Source: Methanobacteriota archaeon | GTDB taxonomy: Archaea; Halobacteriota; Bog-38; Methanoflorentales; Methanoflorentaceae | NCBI GenBank assembly: GCA_963719035.1 | Contig: CAVRAO010000012.1 | Span: 152,022-216,021 of the forward strand | DNA: 64,000 nt | Direction: 5' to 3' | In this document: positions 1-8,025 of the stretch, piece after piece | Layout of the letters: each line of letters starts with the position of its first letter | How positions within the stretch are numbered: the stretch's first letter is position 1 | Position numbers and translations under genes: made by a program | The notes under the pieces: generated by a model | The model's database searches: none | What the model saw: only the letters and a program-made list of their open reading frames with translations | Told to the model about the DNA's origin: nothing

Positions 1-511
1 GCAAAAGTCCCGGAACGGCGGCAGAAAGCGACAAGGCTTCTTGAGTCGGGTCGACGCCGAACTCTTGTTGGATGGGGTAGCCGACGATGCCAGCCAGGAT
101 AAAGGCAACAATGAATCCCACCACGCCGTAGAGGAGCGCTTTTGGAAGTTTATTCGTGATAAATCCAAGTGACGAGAGCCTCTCTTTGTAGAAACCGAGG
201 ACGACTGCTACGATGAGTGCAATGGAAACGATGTTTGCGACGTTCAGCAACCAGAAGGTCCCTGCAGTAATACTTCCACTGGTTACGCCGAGCTCGTCGC
301 TGGAAGTGATTACACCCGTAGCGATGAGGATCGGCGGCAAAAACAGCGATACACTGAACTGACCGACTAAATACAGCAAAATGCCCAGGACGATTGACCA
401 CTTCTTCTTCGGTGGTCCACGCGGCACGTAGACGTCGTATGGACTCGTCGGATGGAACTCATCCCAATCGATGGCAGCTACAGGCTCTCCGTTTTTGTAA
501 TCTGCGGGCAT
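1..511 (-). CDS. Multi-pass integral membrane protein, N-terminal ~170 codons; the gene runs off the window start
   Basis: Not in the ORF track because there is no stop inside the window. My reverse-complement translation from the ATG at 511-509 stays open to position 1: MPADYKNGEPVAAIDWDEFHPTSPYDVYVPRGPPKKKWSIVLGILLYLVGQFSVSLFLPPILIATG... It contains several hydrophobic helices. The family is not assignable; CPBP-like is only a guess. Confidence 0.55.
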   Translation of the reverse strand, partial: MPADYKNGEPVAAIDWDEFHPTSPYDVYVPRGPPKKKWSIVLGILLYLVGQFSVSLFLPPILIATGVITSSDELGVTSGSITAGTFWLLNVANIVSIALIVAVVLGFYKERLSSLGFITNKLPKALLYGVVGFIVAFILAGIVGYPIQQEFGVDPTQEALSLSAAVPGLL

Positions 512-687
512 CTTGCTACTCTCGTAGCTAACATGGCTGCCTGTTTATAAACCCTTGTACCTTGCGAGGCCCGGCGCCCCTTGACGAGCGAATACAGCCC
601 GAAATACAATTACACCGTCTGACGGTATCTTTATGAGCTTGAGCGATCACATGTAATTAGATACGAACAATTAGGTGATTACTTAAC

Positions 688-1575
688 ATGAAAGGTAAGT
701 GGGGCAGCGATATCGGCCTTTCAGCACGTATGCTGCTGACGATGATGTTGCTTGGGCTCGTTTACGTCGCGTTCATTGGCATCATCTTACTCTACGTGGG
801 TAACATTGCGTTTGTAGCCATCTTCGTCGCGCTGTTTCTCGGAGCGCAGTATTACTTCTCCGACCGGTTAGTGCTCGCTGCGAGTGGCGCCCGCATCGTG
901 AGCGAAGATGAAGCTCCCGAGCTCCATAGTGCGATTGAACGCCTGTGTGCAATGGCAGACCTTCCAAAGCCGAAGGTGGCCATAGCAAACAGCCCCGTTC
1001 CGAACGCCTTTGCGACCGGCAGAAATCAAAAGCACGCGGTAGTGGCGGTGACGAGTTCCCTCCTCCAACAACTCGAAGAGCCTGAAATTGAGGCCGTGCT
1101 GGCGCACGAGCTGTCACACGTCAAGAACAGGGACATGTTGGTTATGACCGTCGCGAGCTTCGTCACGACGATTGCGGGCTTCCTCATGCGTTATTGGTTC
1201 TTTATTGGCGCGGGTGGCAACCGGAGGGACAACAATATCATCATCTTTTTTGTTGCACTCGCCGCGATATGGATTATCAGCTTCTTGATCACGCGGGCGC
1301 TCTCGCGGTACCGCGAGTATGCAGCTGACAGGGGCTCTGCCATTATAACAGCGCACCCCGCGAACCTCGCCAGTGCGCTCCTAAAAATCAGCGGCTACGT
1401 CGCGCGCGTTCCAACGGAAGACATCCGTAAAGTTGAGGGCATAAGTCAATTCTTCATTATACCGGCGATATCGAGAGGCTCTGCGCTGAGCCTTCTATCG
1501 ACCCATCCACCCATCGAAAAGCGGATTGAGCGACTGCGGCAGATGGAGGCGCAGCTCGCTGGACAGAGCGCCTAA
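688..1575 (+). CDS. htpX: Zinc metalloprotease HtpX (peptidase M48)
   Basis: 295-aa ORF with N-terminal TM helices and the HELSH zinc motif (AHELSHVKNRD). AGGTGA lies upstream of the ATG. Confidence 0.9.
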   Translation: MKGKWGSDIGLSARMLLTMMLLGLVYVAFIGIILLYVGNIAFVAIFVALFLGAQYYFSDRLVLAASGARIVSEDEAPELHSAIERLCAMADLPKPKVAIANSPVPNAFATGRNQKHAVVAVTSSLLQQLEEPEIEAVLAHELSHVKNRDMLVMTVASFVTTIAGFLMRYWFFIGAGGNRRDNNIIIFFVALAAIWIISFLITRALSRYREYAADRGSAIITAHPANLASALLKISGYVARVPTEDIRKVEGISQFFIIPAISRGSALSLLSTHPPIEKRIERLRQMEAQLAGQSA

Positions 1576-1593
1576 CGGGGAGTGAGTCGGTCG

Positions 1594-2331
1594 CTAAGTG
1601 TGTCGCTGTGTTGTGAGTTCGACCATCTCTACGACTTCTGCCATATCATAAATCTCAAAATCGGGACGCACTCCGTTCGTTGGTGTGCGCTGTCTTTTGT
1701 TATACCATATAGTGGTCAGCCCTGCTTTTTTTGCTCCGCAAATGTCGGATATGATCGAATCTCCGACAAAAGCAGCCTTTTCACGCGCTACTCCCATCTT
1801 CTGGAGGGTCTCGTTGAATATTCGGGGATGAGGTTTGTAGACTTCGAGCTCTTCGGAGGTGACGATCACGTCAAAAAGGTCGGAGATTCCGTTGAGATGA
1901 GCCGAAAGCTCCGCTGTGTCTCCGTTTGAAACCATTCCGAGCCGGATACCATTTGCATAGAGCGTATCGAGCGTCTTTTTGACGTTCGGGAGGATTGTAA
2001 CCGCTTCGTCGAGCATTTTTTTATAGACACAGTTTAGCTCCTGAATGTAAGTGGCCCGCACACGTATCCCGTAACGATGAAAGACGTTCTGTGTGCTAAT
2101 TCCATAAAGATCGCGCATATTTCTAAACTCGCCGCAGTAAGCGATCACGTCGTGAAAAGCGAGTTCAAATTCTTTATTCCAGTATGCGTTGAACTCGTCC
2201 ACTGAGGTTGCGACGCCGAACAACGTTCTTGACTGTTGGACGACGTGTTGGGTAATATCGCGGTGATACGTTCCGACATCGAGCACGGTGCCATAAGCGT
2301 CAAAGAGAATGGCTTCAGTGTCAGTCATCAA
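1594..2331 (-). CDS. HAD-superfamily hydrolase, haloacid-dehalogenase type II-like
   Basis: 245 aa with N-terminal FDAYGTVLDV (DxYGT variant of HAD motif I) and C-terminal VGDSIISDICGAKKAG (motif IV). Confidence 0.85.
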   Translation of the reverse strand: MMTDTEAILFDAYGTVLDVGTYHRDITQHVVQQSRTLFGVATSVDEFNAYWNKEFELAFHDVIAYCGEFRNMRDLYGISTQNVFHRYGIRVRATYIQELNCVYKKMLDEAVTILPNVKKTLDTLYANGIRLGMVSNGDTAELSAHLNGISDLFDVIVTSEELEVYKPHPRIFNETLQKMGVAREKAAFVGDSIISDICGAKKAGLTTIWYNKRQRTPTNGVRPDFEIYDMAEVVEMVELTTQRHT

Positions 2332-2532
2332 CTAACGGTTTGCGTGCTGAGGTAAATAGCTATTTGTAAGGGAAAACGGCCCTGAGCTTATTAAGGGCTA
2401 AGCTTTATGCTTGTCTGTTTGCTCGACGAGTGTTTTGAATGCTGCTCGCGTAAAGCACTGCATACGGGTGTGACCTCTGATATGCTAGGGGGCATTTTTA
2501 TCTACTGATGAGGCAACATGCGAAAGCAATAG

Positions 2533-2781
2533 ATGCACTCTGATGAGAAACATACGAAGACGGTAAAAATCCGCTTGCACGAGTTGCGAGAAGATTCGGA
2601 TGCAGCCGAACTCGTCAAATTTCTTGCACGGCGAAAAGGAATACTAAAAGTTGAAGTAATCGCTGATTTGTTCACTGTTTACGTCAATTACGATGAGCGT
2701 CTAACATCACCAGCGCAGATCATTGCGGATTTGAGCAGCATTCGTTTTACCCCAGAAGGCTCCACTATCCTCAATGGATAG
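2533..2781 (+). CDS. Hypothetical small protein (ferredoxin-like / HMA-like fold guess, no CxxC)
   Basis: 82-aa ORF only. No diagnostic motif and no clear RBS. Confidence 0.3.
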   Translation: MHSDEKHTKTVKIRLHELREDSDAAELVKFLARRKGILKVEVIADLFTVYVNYDERLTSPAQIIADLSSIRFTPEGSTILNG

Positions 2782-2882
2782 CATCATCGATGCAATAAGA
2801 ATGAAAAATCGCTAAGCGCACGAGCGTCGTAACTTCTCTCCGCCGCACGAAAAAATTTCGACGAGACTAACGGTCAATTGTT

Positions 2883-3440
2883 ATGGGATTTCTGGACTCA
2901 CTGCTCGGACGGACAAAGGGTATAGCTCCAAAAGTGGCCGGTTTGTTTTCAATCGCGACTGTCTATATCACGCTAAGCACTGAGTTTAGCTTGAGCCCGA
3001 CGGGAAAGGCAGGGATCTGCTTCAAGCCCGTTGAATCAGGCGGCTTTGCTGAGTGTGAGAACGAGATTGTTGAATTGCTTAAAATAAGCGAAACCGCTTT
3101 TGAGATCAAACAAGATGAGTTTGGCTACGCGTGGGTTATCGTTTCTGACGTGCAGTTTGAAAATGTAGTAGCCGATATCCACGAGGTGAGCTCAACGCTT
3201 ATCGACGGCGGATATGGCGAACAGATCCTATGCGCGGTTTTCCCTTTTCGGAACCAAAAGAGTGTTTTTTGGATTTACAACTACAAACGTGGAAAGTTTT
3301 ACCCATTTGTGCCTGTCGAACCGAAGCAACACAAACGCGACTATGCCTACGAGTTCAGACTTCGGTCAGTCTTGCAGCGTGAACTGCCGATAGAACAAGA
3401 ACTCGAGCGTTGGTATCCTCTTTGGGATGTGCCGCTTTAG
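2883..3440 (+). CDS. PspA-associated protein PspAB-like
   Basis: 185 aa. The N-terminus MGFLDSLLGR, an internal YKRGKFYPFVP and the C-terminal ERWYPLWDVPL match my recollection of the PspAB family. It is convergent with pspA-pspAA. Confidence 0.6.
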   Translation: MGFLDSLLGRTKGIAPKVAGLFSIATVYITLSTEFSLSPTGKAGICFKPVESGGFAECENEIVELLKISETAFEIKQDEFGYAWVIVSDVQFENVVADIHEVSSTLIDGGYGEQILCAVFPFRNQKSVFWIYNYKRGKFYPFVPVEPKQHKRDYAYEFRLRSVLQRELPIEQELERWYPLWDVPL

Positions 3441-3447
3441 TTCGTGG

Positions 3448-3727
3448 CTAGTCGGGAATAATACCCTCCTTGGTGAACAACTTACGCGCCTCTTCTGGTG
3501 TGATATCAGGCGACGGAACAATCAGATCTGATGGGAGGATTTCTGCCGGATCGAGCGGCGTTCCCTTCTCTCGAATGGTGTGGATCATTTCGTGCAGACA
3601 TGCTACTAAACTCGTCGACCTCCTCGTTGCTGAGGTGATCGACCATGCAGTTGTCGAGCTCATTGAGTTTATCGAGATACTTGGTGTCGAGCACGTACTG
3701 GTTGTCGCCGAGGATTCGCACTATCAT
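3448..3727 (-). CDS. PspA-associated protein PspAA-like, reading frame interrupted by an apparent 1-nt insertion
   Basis: The N-terminal half is in ORF 3506..3727 (MIVRILGDNQYVLDTKYLDKLNELDN...EEVDEF). The C-terminal half is in ORF 3448..3663 (...VACLHEMIHTIREKGTPLDPAEILPSDLIVPSPDITPEEARKLFTKEGIIPD). The frames meet at the A3/T3 run 3608-3610. The start ATG overlaps the pspA stop (ATGA at 3724-3727). Confidence 0.6.
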
Positions 3728-4464
3728 TGCTGTGCCTCCTGGGTCTCTTCCGTCTTAGCTTTCTTCTTTGTAGGGACCTCTTGCTTCAGAATTTTGAGCT
3801 CTTGATCGACCTCTGCGCTCGACTTAATCTTGCTGAGCTCCTCTTCGACCTTTGTCTGATCTCCCGTCAAATCCTGGAGCGTACCGGCGTCAATAAGCTC
3901 ATCGAGCGCCTGTGATCGTGCTTTCATTGATTCTGTCTTTTCCTCAGCACGTTGAACTGACATCCCGACGTCGGCCATTTCCTCAGAGATCCCAGTAACA
4001 GATTCAGTTATTTTGACTTGCGCTTCTGCAGCTGAATATTGCGCCTTTATGGTCTCCTTCTTCGTTCGGAACGCCTCGACTTTGGCAGAAAGTCTCCTTT
4101 CAGTGCTCACGAGCTTTGTCTGTTCATTTTCGAGATCAGCAATCTGTGCAGTGAGTGATTCGATCTGCGCCATGGAGTCTTTTTTCCGTTCGAGCGCAAT
4201 ACGGGCGAGATCGTCGCGTCCAAGGCTTACCGCCTCTCGCGCCTGATTGTTCAGGCTTTCGATGTTTGACTCGAGTTTTGCTTTCTGAAGTTCAAGCCTC
4301 TTCTTCGCCGTAACGACGTCGGCAATGCCACGCTTAACATTGGTTAACAGCTCGAGCTGCTTTTCATAAGAGTAATCGAGCGTTTCACGTGGGTCCTCGT
4401 GCCGATCAAGAAATGTACTGATCTTTGCCTTAATCATCGTCATGAGACGATCCAATATTCCCAT
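3724..4464 (-). CDS. pspA: Phage shock protein A / IM30 family
   Basis: 246 aa. MGILDRLMTMIKAKISTFLDRHEDPRETLDYSYEKQLELL is a classic PspA N-terminus, and the rest is long coiled coil. Confidence 0.9.
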   Translation of the reverse strand: MGILDRLMTMIKAKISTFLDRHEDPRETLDYSYEKQLELLTNVKRGIADVVTAKKRLELQKAKLESNIESLNNQAREAVSLGRDDLARIALERKKDSMAQIESLTAQIADLENEQTKLVSTERRLSAKVEAFRTKKETIKAQYSAAEAQVKITESVTGISEEMADVGMSVQRAEEKTESMKARSQALDELIDAGTLQDLTGDQTKVEEELSKIKSSAEVDQELKILKQEVPTKKKAKTEETQEAQQ

Positions 4465-4604
4465 TTTTTCTCCTCCGTGTAGCCAGGGTAGCGTATCTTA
4501 TACAGTCTAATTCGTCAATTGTGCTCCTTGACTAAATAGCTTCGTTGTTGCAGAGGCACGATGAAATCGAAACGCCTAAACCCAATCCATTCATCTGTTC
4601 CCCC

Positions 4605-5294
4605 ATGGAGCCCTCATATATAGCAAAGGAAGCAGCCGGAAGGTCAATCGCCGAATTGGTCGAAGACGGAATGGTCATAGGGCTCGGAACTGGGACCACT
4701 GTGGCTCGTGCGATCGCCCATCTGGGGAGACGTATCGTTGACGAGGGGCTTTCCATTGCGGGTGTTCCAACGTCTCATCAGTCGATGCTGCTTGCGGTGA
4801 AGCATCGTGTCCCACTTACGACGTTGTACGAGCATGAATTCGTTGATATCGCCCTCGACGGCGCTGATCAGGTCGATGCACGCCTTAACCTCATTAAAGG
4901 CGGCGGAGGGGCCCATACGCGCGAGAAAATAGTTGCGCGCTCGGCGAGGCGGTTCTGTGTTGCAGTCGATGCTTCAAAACTGGCGTCGCGTTTGAATTTG
5001 CCCGTGCCGCTCGAAGTGCTGCCCATTGCATGTCCGCTCGTTCAGAACGAGGTCAATCGAATGGGGGCCACTGCAAAACTAAGGCAATCTGAGAAAAATC
5101 GCGTCTCGGTTACCGATCAGGGGAACCTTATCCTTGACGCGGACTTCGGAGTAATCAAGAATCCAGAAAAGTTAGCAAAGGAGCTATCCACTATAACTGG
5201 AGTAGTGGAACACGGCATTTTTGTTGAGGTCAGTGAGGTGCACGTCGCGCGACTCGCTGGAAAAGCTGCCTCAGTTGAGATCTTGATGAGGTAG
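4605..5294 (+). CDS. rpiA: Ribose-5-phosphate isomerase A
   Basis: Motifs GLGTGTTV, DGADQVD and KGGGGAHTREK. I prefer the internal ATG at 4605 (MEPSYIAKEAAG...) over the ORF-track start at 4545, because the 20-aa extension is atypical. Confidence 0.88.
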   Translation: MEPSYIAKEAAGRSIAELVEDGMVIGLGTGTTVARAIAHLGRRIVDEGLSIAGVPTSHQSMLLAVKHRVPLTTLYEHEFVDIALDGADQVDARLNLIKGGGGAHTREKIVARSARRFCVAVDASKLASRLNLPVPLEVLPIACPLVQNEVNRMGATAKLRQSEKNRVSVTDQGNLILDADFGVIKNPEKLAKELSTITGVVEHGIFVEVSEVHVARLAGKAASVEILMR

Positions 5295-5311
5295 TTCAAA
5301 CGCTGAGTGGA

Positions 5312-5704
5312 CTATTTATCTATTCCAACGGTTCGTGAAAGGCTTCGTAGCATAGCGATGGTCTCTTCGTCTTGCTGCGCGTCGCGTTTCCGCACGTCGT
5401 CGAGTGAGTCGATGATATCGCAGAGTTGTGTGGAGAGACGGTAACACTTAAGCGGGCGCCCTTTGCCCTCTTTTTTTTGTTCCCATTCTTCAATCCAACC
5501 GCGTTCCCTCATTTCGCGCATCGCGATGCTCACTTCAGGCTGTCGCAAGCCGGCACCAAGCTCAATATTGCGGGAAACCGATTCATTGACGTTGGCTAGA
5601 TACACCAATGCTTTCGCCAAGTTCCTCTTGACTCCGACATCGCAAAGAAGGCTTGCCATCACTTCTTCATCTTGGTCGAATACCGGTAAGGATCCGTCCC
5701 TCAT
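5312..5704 (-). CDS. Winged helix-turn-helix transcriptional regulator (ArsR/TrmB-like)
   Basis: wHTH pattern ...SRNIELGAGLRQPEVSIAMREMRERGWIEEWEQKKEGKGRPLKCYRLS. The start is taken at 5704, which is preceded by TAAGGGGGATATAATG (SD GGGGG). An AT-rich promoter region lies further upstream. Confidence 0.7.
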   Translation of the reverse strand: MRDGSLPVFDQDEEVMASLLCDVGVKRNLAKALVYLANVNESVSRNIELGAGLRQPEVSIAMREMRERGWIEEWEQKKEGKGRPLKCYRLSTQLCDIIDSLDDVRKRDAQQDEETIAMLRSLSRTVGIDK

Positions 5705-5931
5705 TATATCCCCCTTACTATTTTTATCATATAAATTATATTGACGATATAAATACGTTTTCAAATTATTTCTTCGATTTTCGGTCAAAAATGCCTTATT
5801 TTAATTATAGGATAACATCTATATTATCTTTAATATAAACTGGTGCACGCGCGCGTCAAAAGCCTTTTATAGAGCGCTCGTAATAGCGGGAGTGTCTGAA
5901 GGGGCTGCTTAGCCTCTTGCAGCACCTCGCA

Positions 5932-6062
5932 GCCGGGGTGGCCTAGTAAGTTGTTGCAGACGTAGGCAATGATCTAGATGGCTAAGGTGTCAGACTCATA
6001 GGGTAATCTAACTCGACACCTGAGATATCTGAAGAGCGCGGGTTCAACTCCCGCCCCCGGCA
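5932..6062 (+). tRNA. tRNA with anticodon CAU (Met, or Ile2 if C34 is modified) containing two introns
   Basis: Manual fold:
- Acceptor GCCGGGG / CCCCGGC plus discriminator A.
- D stem GCCU / AGGU.
- Anticodon stem UCAGA / UCUGA, loop CU-CAU-A..A, with CAT at 5997-5999.
- Variable loop AGAGC.
- T arm GCGGG-TTCAACT-CCCGC.
- 26-nt intron at 6001-6026 (canonical 37/38) and a 31-nt intron at about 5947-5979 in the D loop.
- Mature length is 74 nt. Confidence 0.85.
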
Positions 6063-6125
6063 TGCTCTATTCTTTGAGAATTAACTATATATCTCTGATT
6101 TTTTTAGATATGACTATTAAGTTTT

Positions 6126-6170
6126 ATGAAGATTCGAAAGCTGCAGCTTCCAGGAAAATCGAGCAAATGA
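6126..6170 (+). other. 14-codon relic/leader ORF (MKIRKLQLPGKSSK*) derived from the 5' end of the AbrB-PhoU regulator gene; its stop overlaps the pstS start
   Basis: Compare MEIRKVQLTGKSSYTV, the N-terminus of the gene at 17103. The DNA ttttatgaagattcgaaag matches ttttatggagattcgaaag. The TGA at 6168-6170 overlaps the pstS ATG at 6167-6169. Confidence 0.35.
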
Positions 6171-7009
6171 AAAAAAAATTGCTTTGTATAACAATTGTTT
6201 TGCTCATCGCCGTTACGATATGTGGGACCGGTTGCACATCAAACACCTCTGGCGCTAGGGTTCAGGTCGCTGGATCTACAACAATCCAACCTCACGCTGA
6301 GGCGTTAGCGAAAGCATTCCAAACAAACAACTCCGGTATCACGGTGTTCGTACAAGGTGGGGGCTCATCTGCCGGCGTCACAGCGGTCGGAACAGGCACC
6401 GCAGACATCGGCATGTCATCTGCAAACCTGACAGCAAGTCAACTAGCACGGTACCCGAATCTCAAGCCAGTACCAATTGCTGTAGATGGGTTAGCCGTTA
6501 TCATCAACCCACAAAATCCCGTTGATAGTCTGACGCTTAACCAAGTGCGTGATATCTTTAGTGGAAGTATCAGTAATTGGAACCAGGTTGGCGGGCCAAG
6601 TCAGCAGATAAATACAGTCAATCGTGAGATCGGGTCTGGCACTCGCGATGGCATACAGAAAATAGTGCTGAAAAATGGCAGCTTTAGTAGCAGAGGAATC
6701 ACCCAGTCGTCAACAGGAGCCGTCAGATCGTTTGTTGCTGCTGATCCCAACGCAATCGGTTACATTTCATTTGCGGAAGTCGACAATAGCGTTAAGGCCT
6801 TAGGGATTGATGGCGTTGTGCCTACATACGCATCTATAGCTAATGGAACCTACCCGATCCAACGCGACCTCCTCTTTGTAATAAACGGAGACCCGAGCGG
6901 CTATGCAAAGGCCTTTCTAGATTTCACACTAAGTCCTGCAGGGCAAGCGATATTGAAGGCCAATAACGAGGTGTCGATAAACGACGTTTCAGTGAGTGGG
7001 TCCGCTTAG
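6167..7009 (+). CDS. pstS: Phosphate ABC transporter substrate-binding protein PstS (orphan paralog)
   Basis: Signal/lipobox-like N-terminus MKKKLLCITIVLLIAVTICGTGC. It aligns along its whole length with the PstS at 18209-19072 (VAGSTTIQPHAE..FVQGGGSSAGV..GSGTRDG). I prefer the start at 6167, because the ORF-track start at 6062 overlaps the tRNA. Confidence 0.88.
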   Translation: MKKKLLCITIVLLIAVTICGTGCTSNTSGARVQVAGSTTIQPHAEALAKAFQTNNSGITVFVQGGGSSAGVTAVGTGTADIGMSSANLTASQLARYPNLKPVPIAVDGLAVIINPQNPVDSLTLNQVRDIFSGSISNWNQVGGPSQQINTVNREIGSGTRDGIQKIVLKNGSFSSRGITQSSTGAVRSFVAADPNAIGYISFAEVDNSVKALGIDGVVPTYASIANGTYPIQRDLLFVINGDPSGYAKAFLDFTLSPAGQAILKANNEVSINDVSVSGSA

Positions 7010-7067
7010 CCATCGGCGAAGACGTAAAGAAGACAAGCGACCCCCAATTACCTTTATCTTCACCTAG

Positions 7068-7135
7068 TTTTCAAAGGGAGTCTTCAGCATCACGCCAAAG
7101 ACAGCAGCGCGTTCCCACAGATCAGCAGTCAAAGA
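7068..7135 (+). pseudogene. Remnant of the pstS-pstC intergenic region and the first ~15 codons of pstC
   Basis: ttttcaaagggagtcttcagcatcacgccaaagacagcagcgcgttc aligns with tttttaagagggagtgatcagcatcaagccgaacatagcagcgcgttc at 19111-19157. No open pstC frame follows. Confidence 0.5.
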
Positions 7136-7189
7136 TGAAAGGAGCGTAGATCTCCAACTAACTTAGAGCAGTAACTCTATATGTTAAAC

Positions 7190-7254
7190 TTTTTTTATAT
7201 AATTTTTAGATTTTCATCTAGATTCGTAAGGTTCAACTGATGGTAAATCGAGTT
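7190..7254 (+). repeat. Degenerate copy of the promoter plus the first ~13 codons of the AbrB-PhoU regulator gene
   Basis: ttttttatataatttttagattttcatctagattcgtaaggttcaactgatggtaaatcgagtt versus 17077-17141 ttgtttttatataattcctagatttttatggagattcgaaaggttcaactgactggcaaatcgagtt. The start codon is lost (ATG to ATC, next codon TAG). Confidence 0.55.
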
Positions 7255-7592
7255 CCATTGGTCGCTTATGGTTTCTTTGGACTTTTAGTTTTATGCTGTA
7301 GATTCGGCCTAATATGGTGGATTCGGGACGAACATCTTCGCTTTGTGGCTCATACTGTCCATTGTGATCCTACCCGGTATTTGATAGTGCAATCTTTCTT
7401 CTCGCAGGGTGGCTGCTGATGCCGATCTGGCGATGAAAGGAAACTCCATTTTTTCTAGAGAATAAGGTAAAGAACGTGAACCGCTCCGCAGTATGCGTAG
7501 AGAAAGAGAGGTCATTCGACCTATTATTAGCGGGATTGTCCACAAAGTCTTTTACCAGGGTAATTGTGCGCGAGCTACAAAGGAGTGTAATT

Positions 7593-7790
7593 ATGAAGAA
7601 CAAGGCACGGCTTTATGCGAGAAGGCGGGAAATGTACCATCTTTATGTGCAAAAAAAGAACATGACGGAGATTCTTGATAAGCTCTCTGCTAAGTATAGT
7701 ATATCCAAACAGGCGCTGTGGCAGGACTGGCAAAAGCGCACCTATTGGGTTTACGACGTCTTTGATCTCGAGCCAGCTCGAGCGCGATAA
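7593..7790 (+). CDS. Small helix-turn-helix protein, hypothetical
   Basis: AGGAG lies 6 nt upstream of the ATG at 7593. 65 aa: MKNKARLYARRREMYHLYVQKKNMTEILDKLSAKYSISKQALWQDWQKR... is an HTH-like pattern. The upstream 39 codons of the track ORF look non-coding. Confidence 0.4.
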   Translation: MKNKARLYARRREMYHLYVQKKNMTEILDKLSAKYSISKQALWQDWQKRTYWVYDVFDLEPARAR

Positions 7791-8025
7791 AGAAATGGGT
7801 AGCCCCCTCCACTAGCAGATTGGTGCTGAAAAAGCAGAATCCGAAGGGTGCAAAGACGAGGGCTATTGAGATATATGGGGAGTGTGACTAGAGCTGGGGG
7901 CGACGGTTCCGTTGGCGCCGTGAGTAGGGCAGACCTCTGGGATTGGTACCTTCCTCACAAGCATTCTTAACACATTCTGACTCGAAAAACAAAAAAGGTG
8001 ATCAAGAGAGGCCTACCGCGTATAT

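Noticed and set aside
150-401. 83-aa track ORF on the minus strand
   Set aside because: A different minus-strand frame is open across the entire 1-511 interval and encodes a convincing membrane protein. The 83-aa ORF is Arg/His/Cys-rich and overlaps it.
2505-2562. Two CUGAUGAG ... GAA(A/G) words 35 nt apart, resembling hammerhead ribozyme cores
   Set aside because: The would-be stem II is only 3 bp, with an extra G after CUGAUGA. There is no complementary stem I or stem III strand and no GUC/GUH cleavage site nearby. The second copy lies inside a plausible ORF start. I treat it as a chance or short imperfect duplication.
7476-7592. N-terminal 39 codons of the 104-aa track ORF
   Set aside because: They are Cys/Arg-rich with no RBS. 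A strong AGGAG precedes the internal ATG at 7593, so only the 65-codon version was reported.
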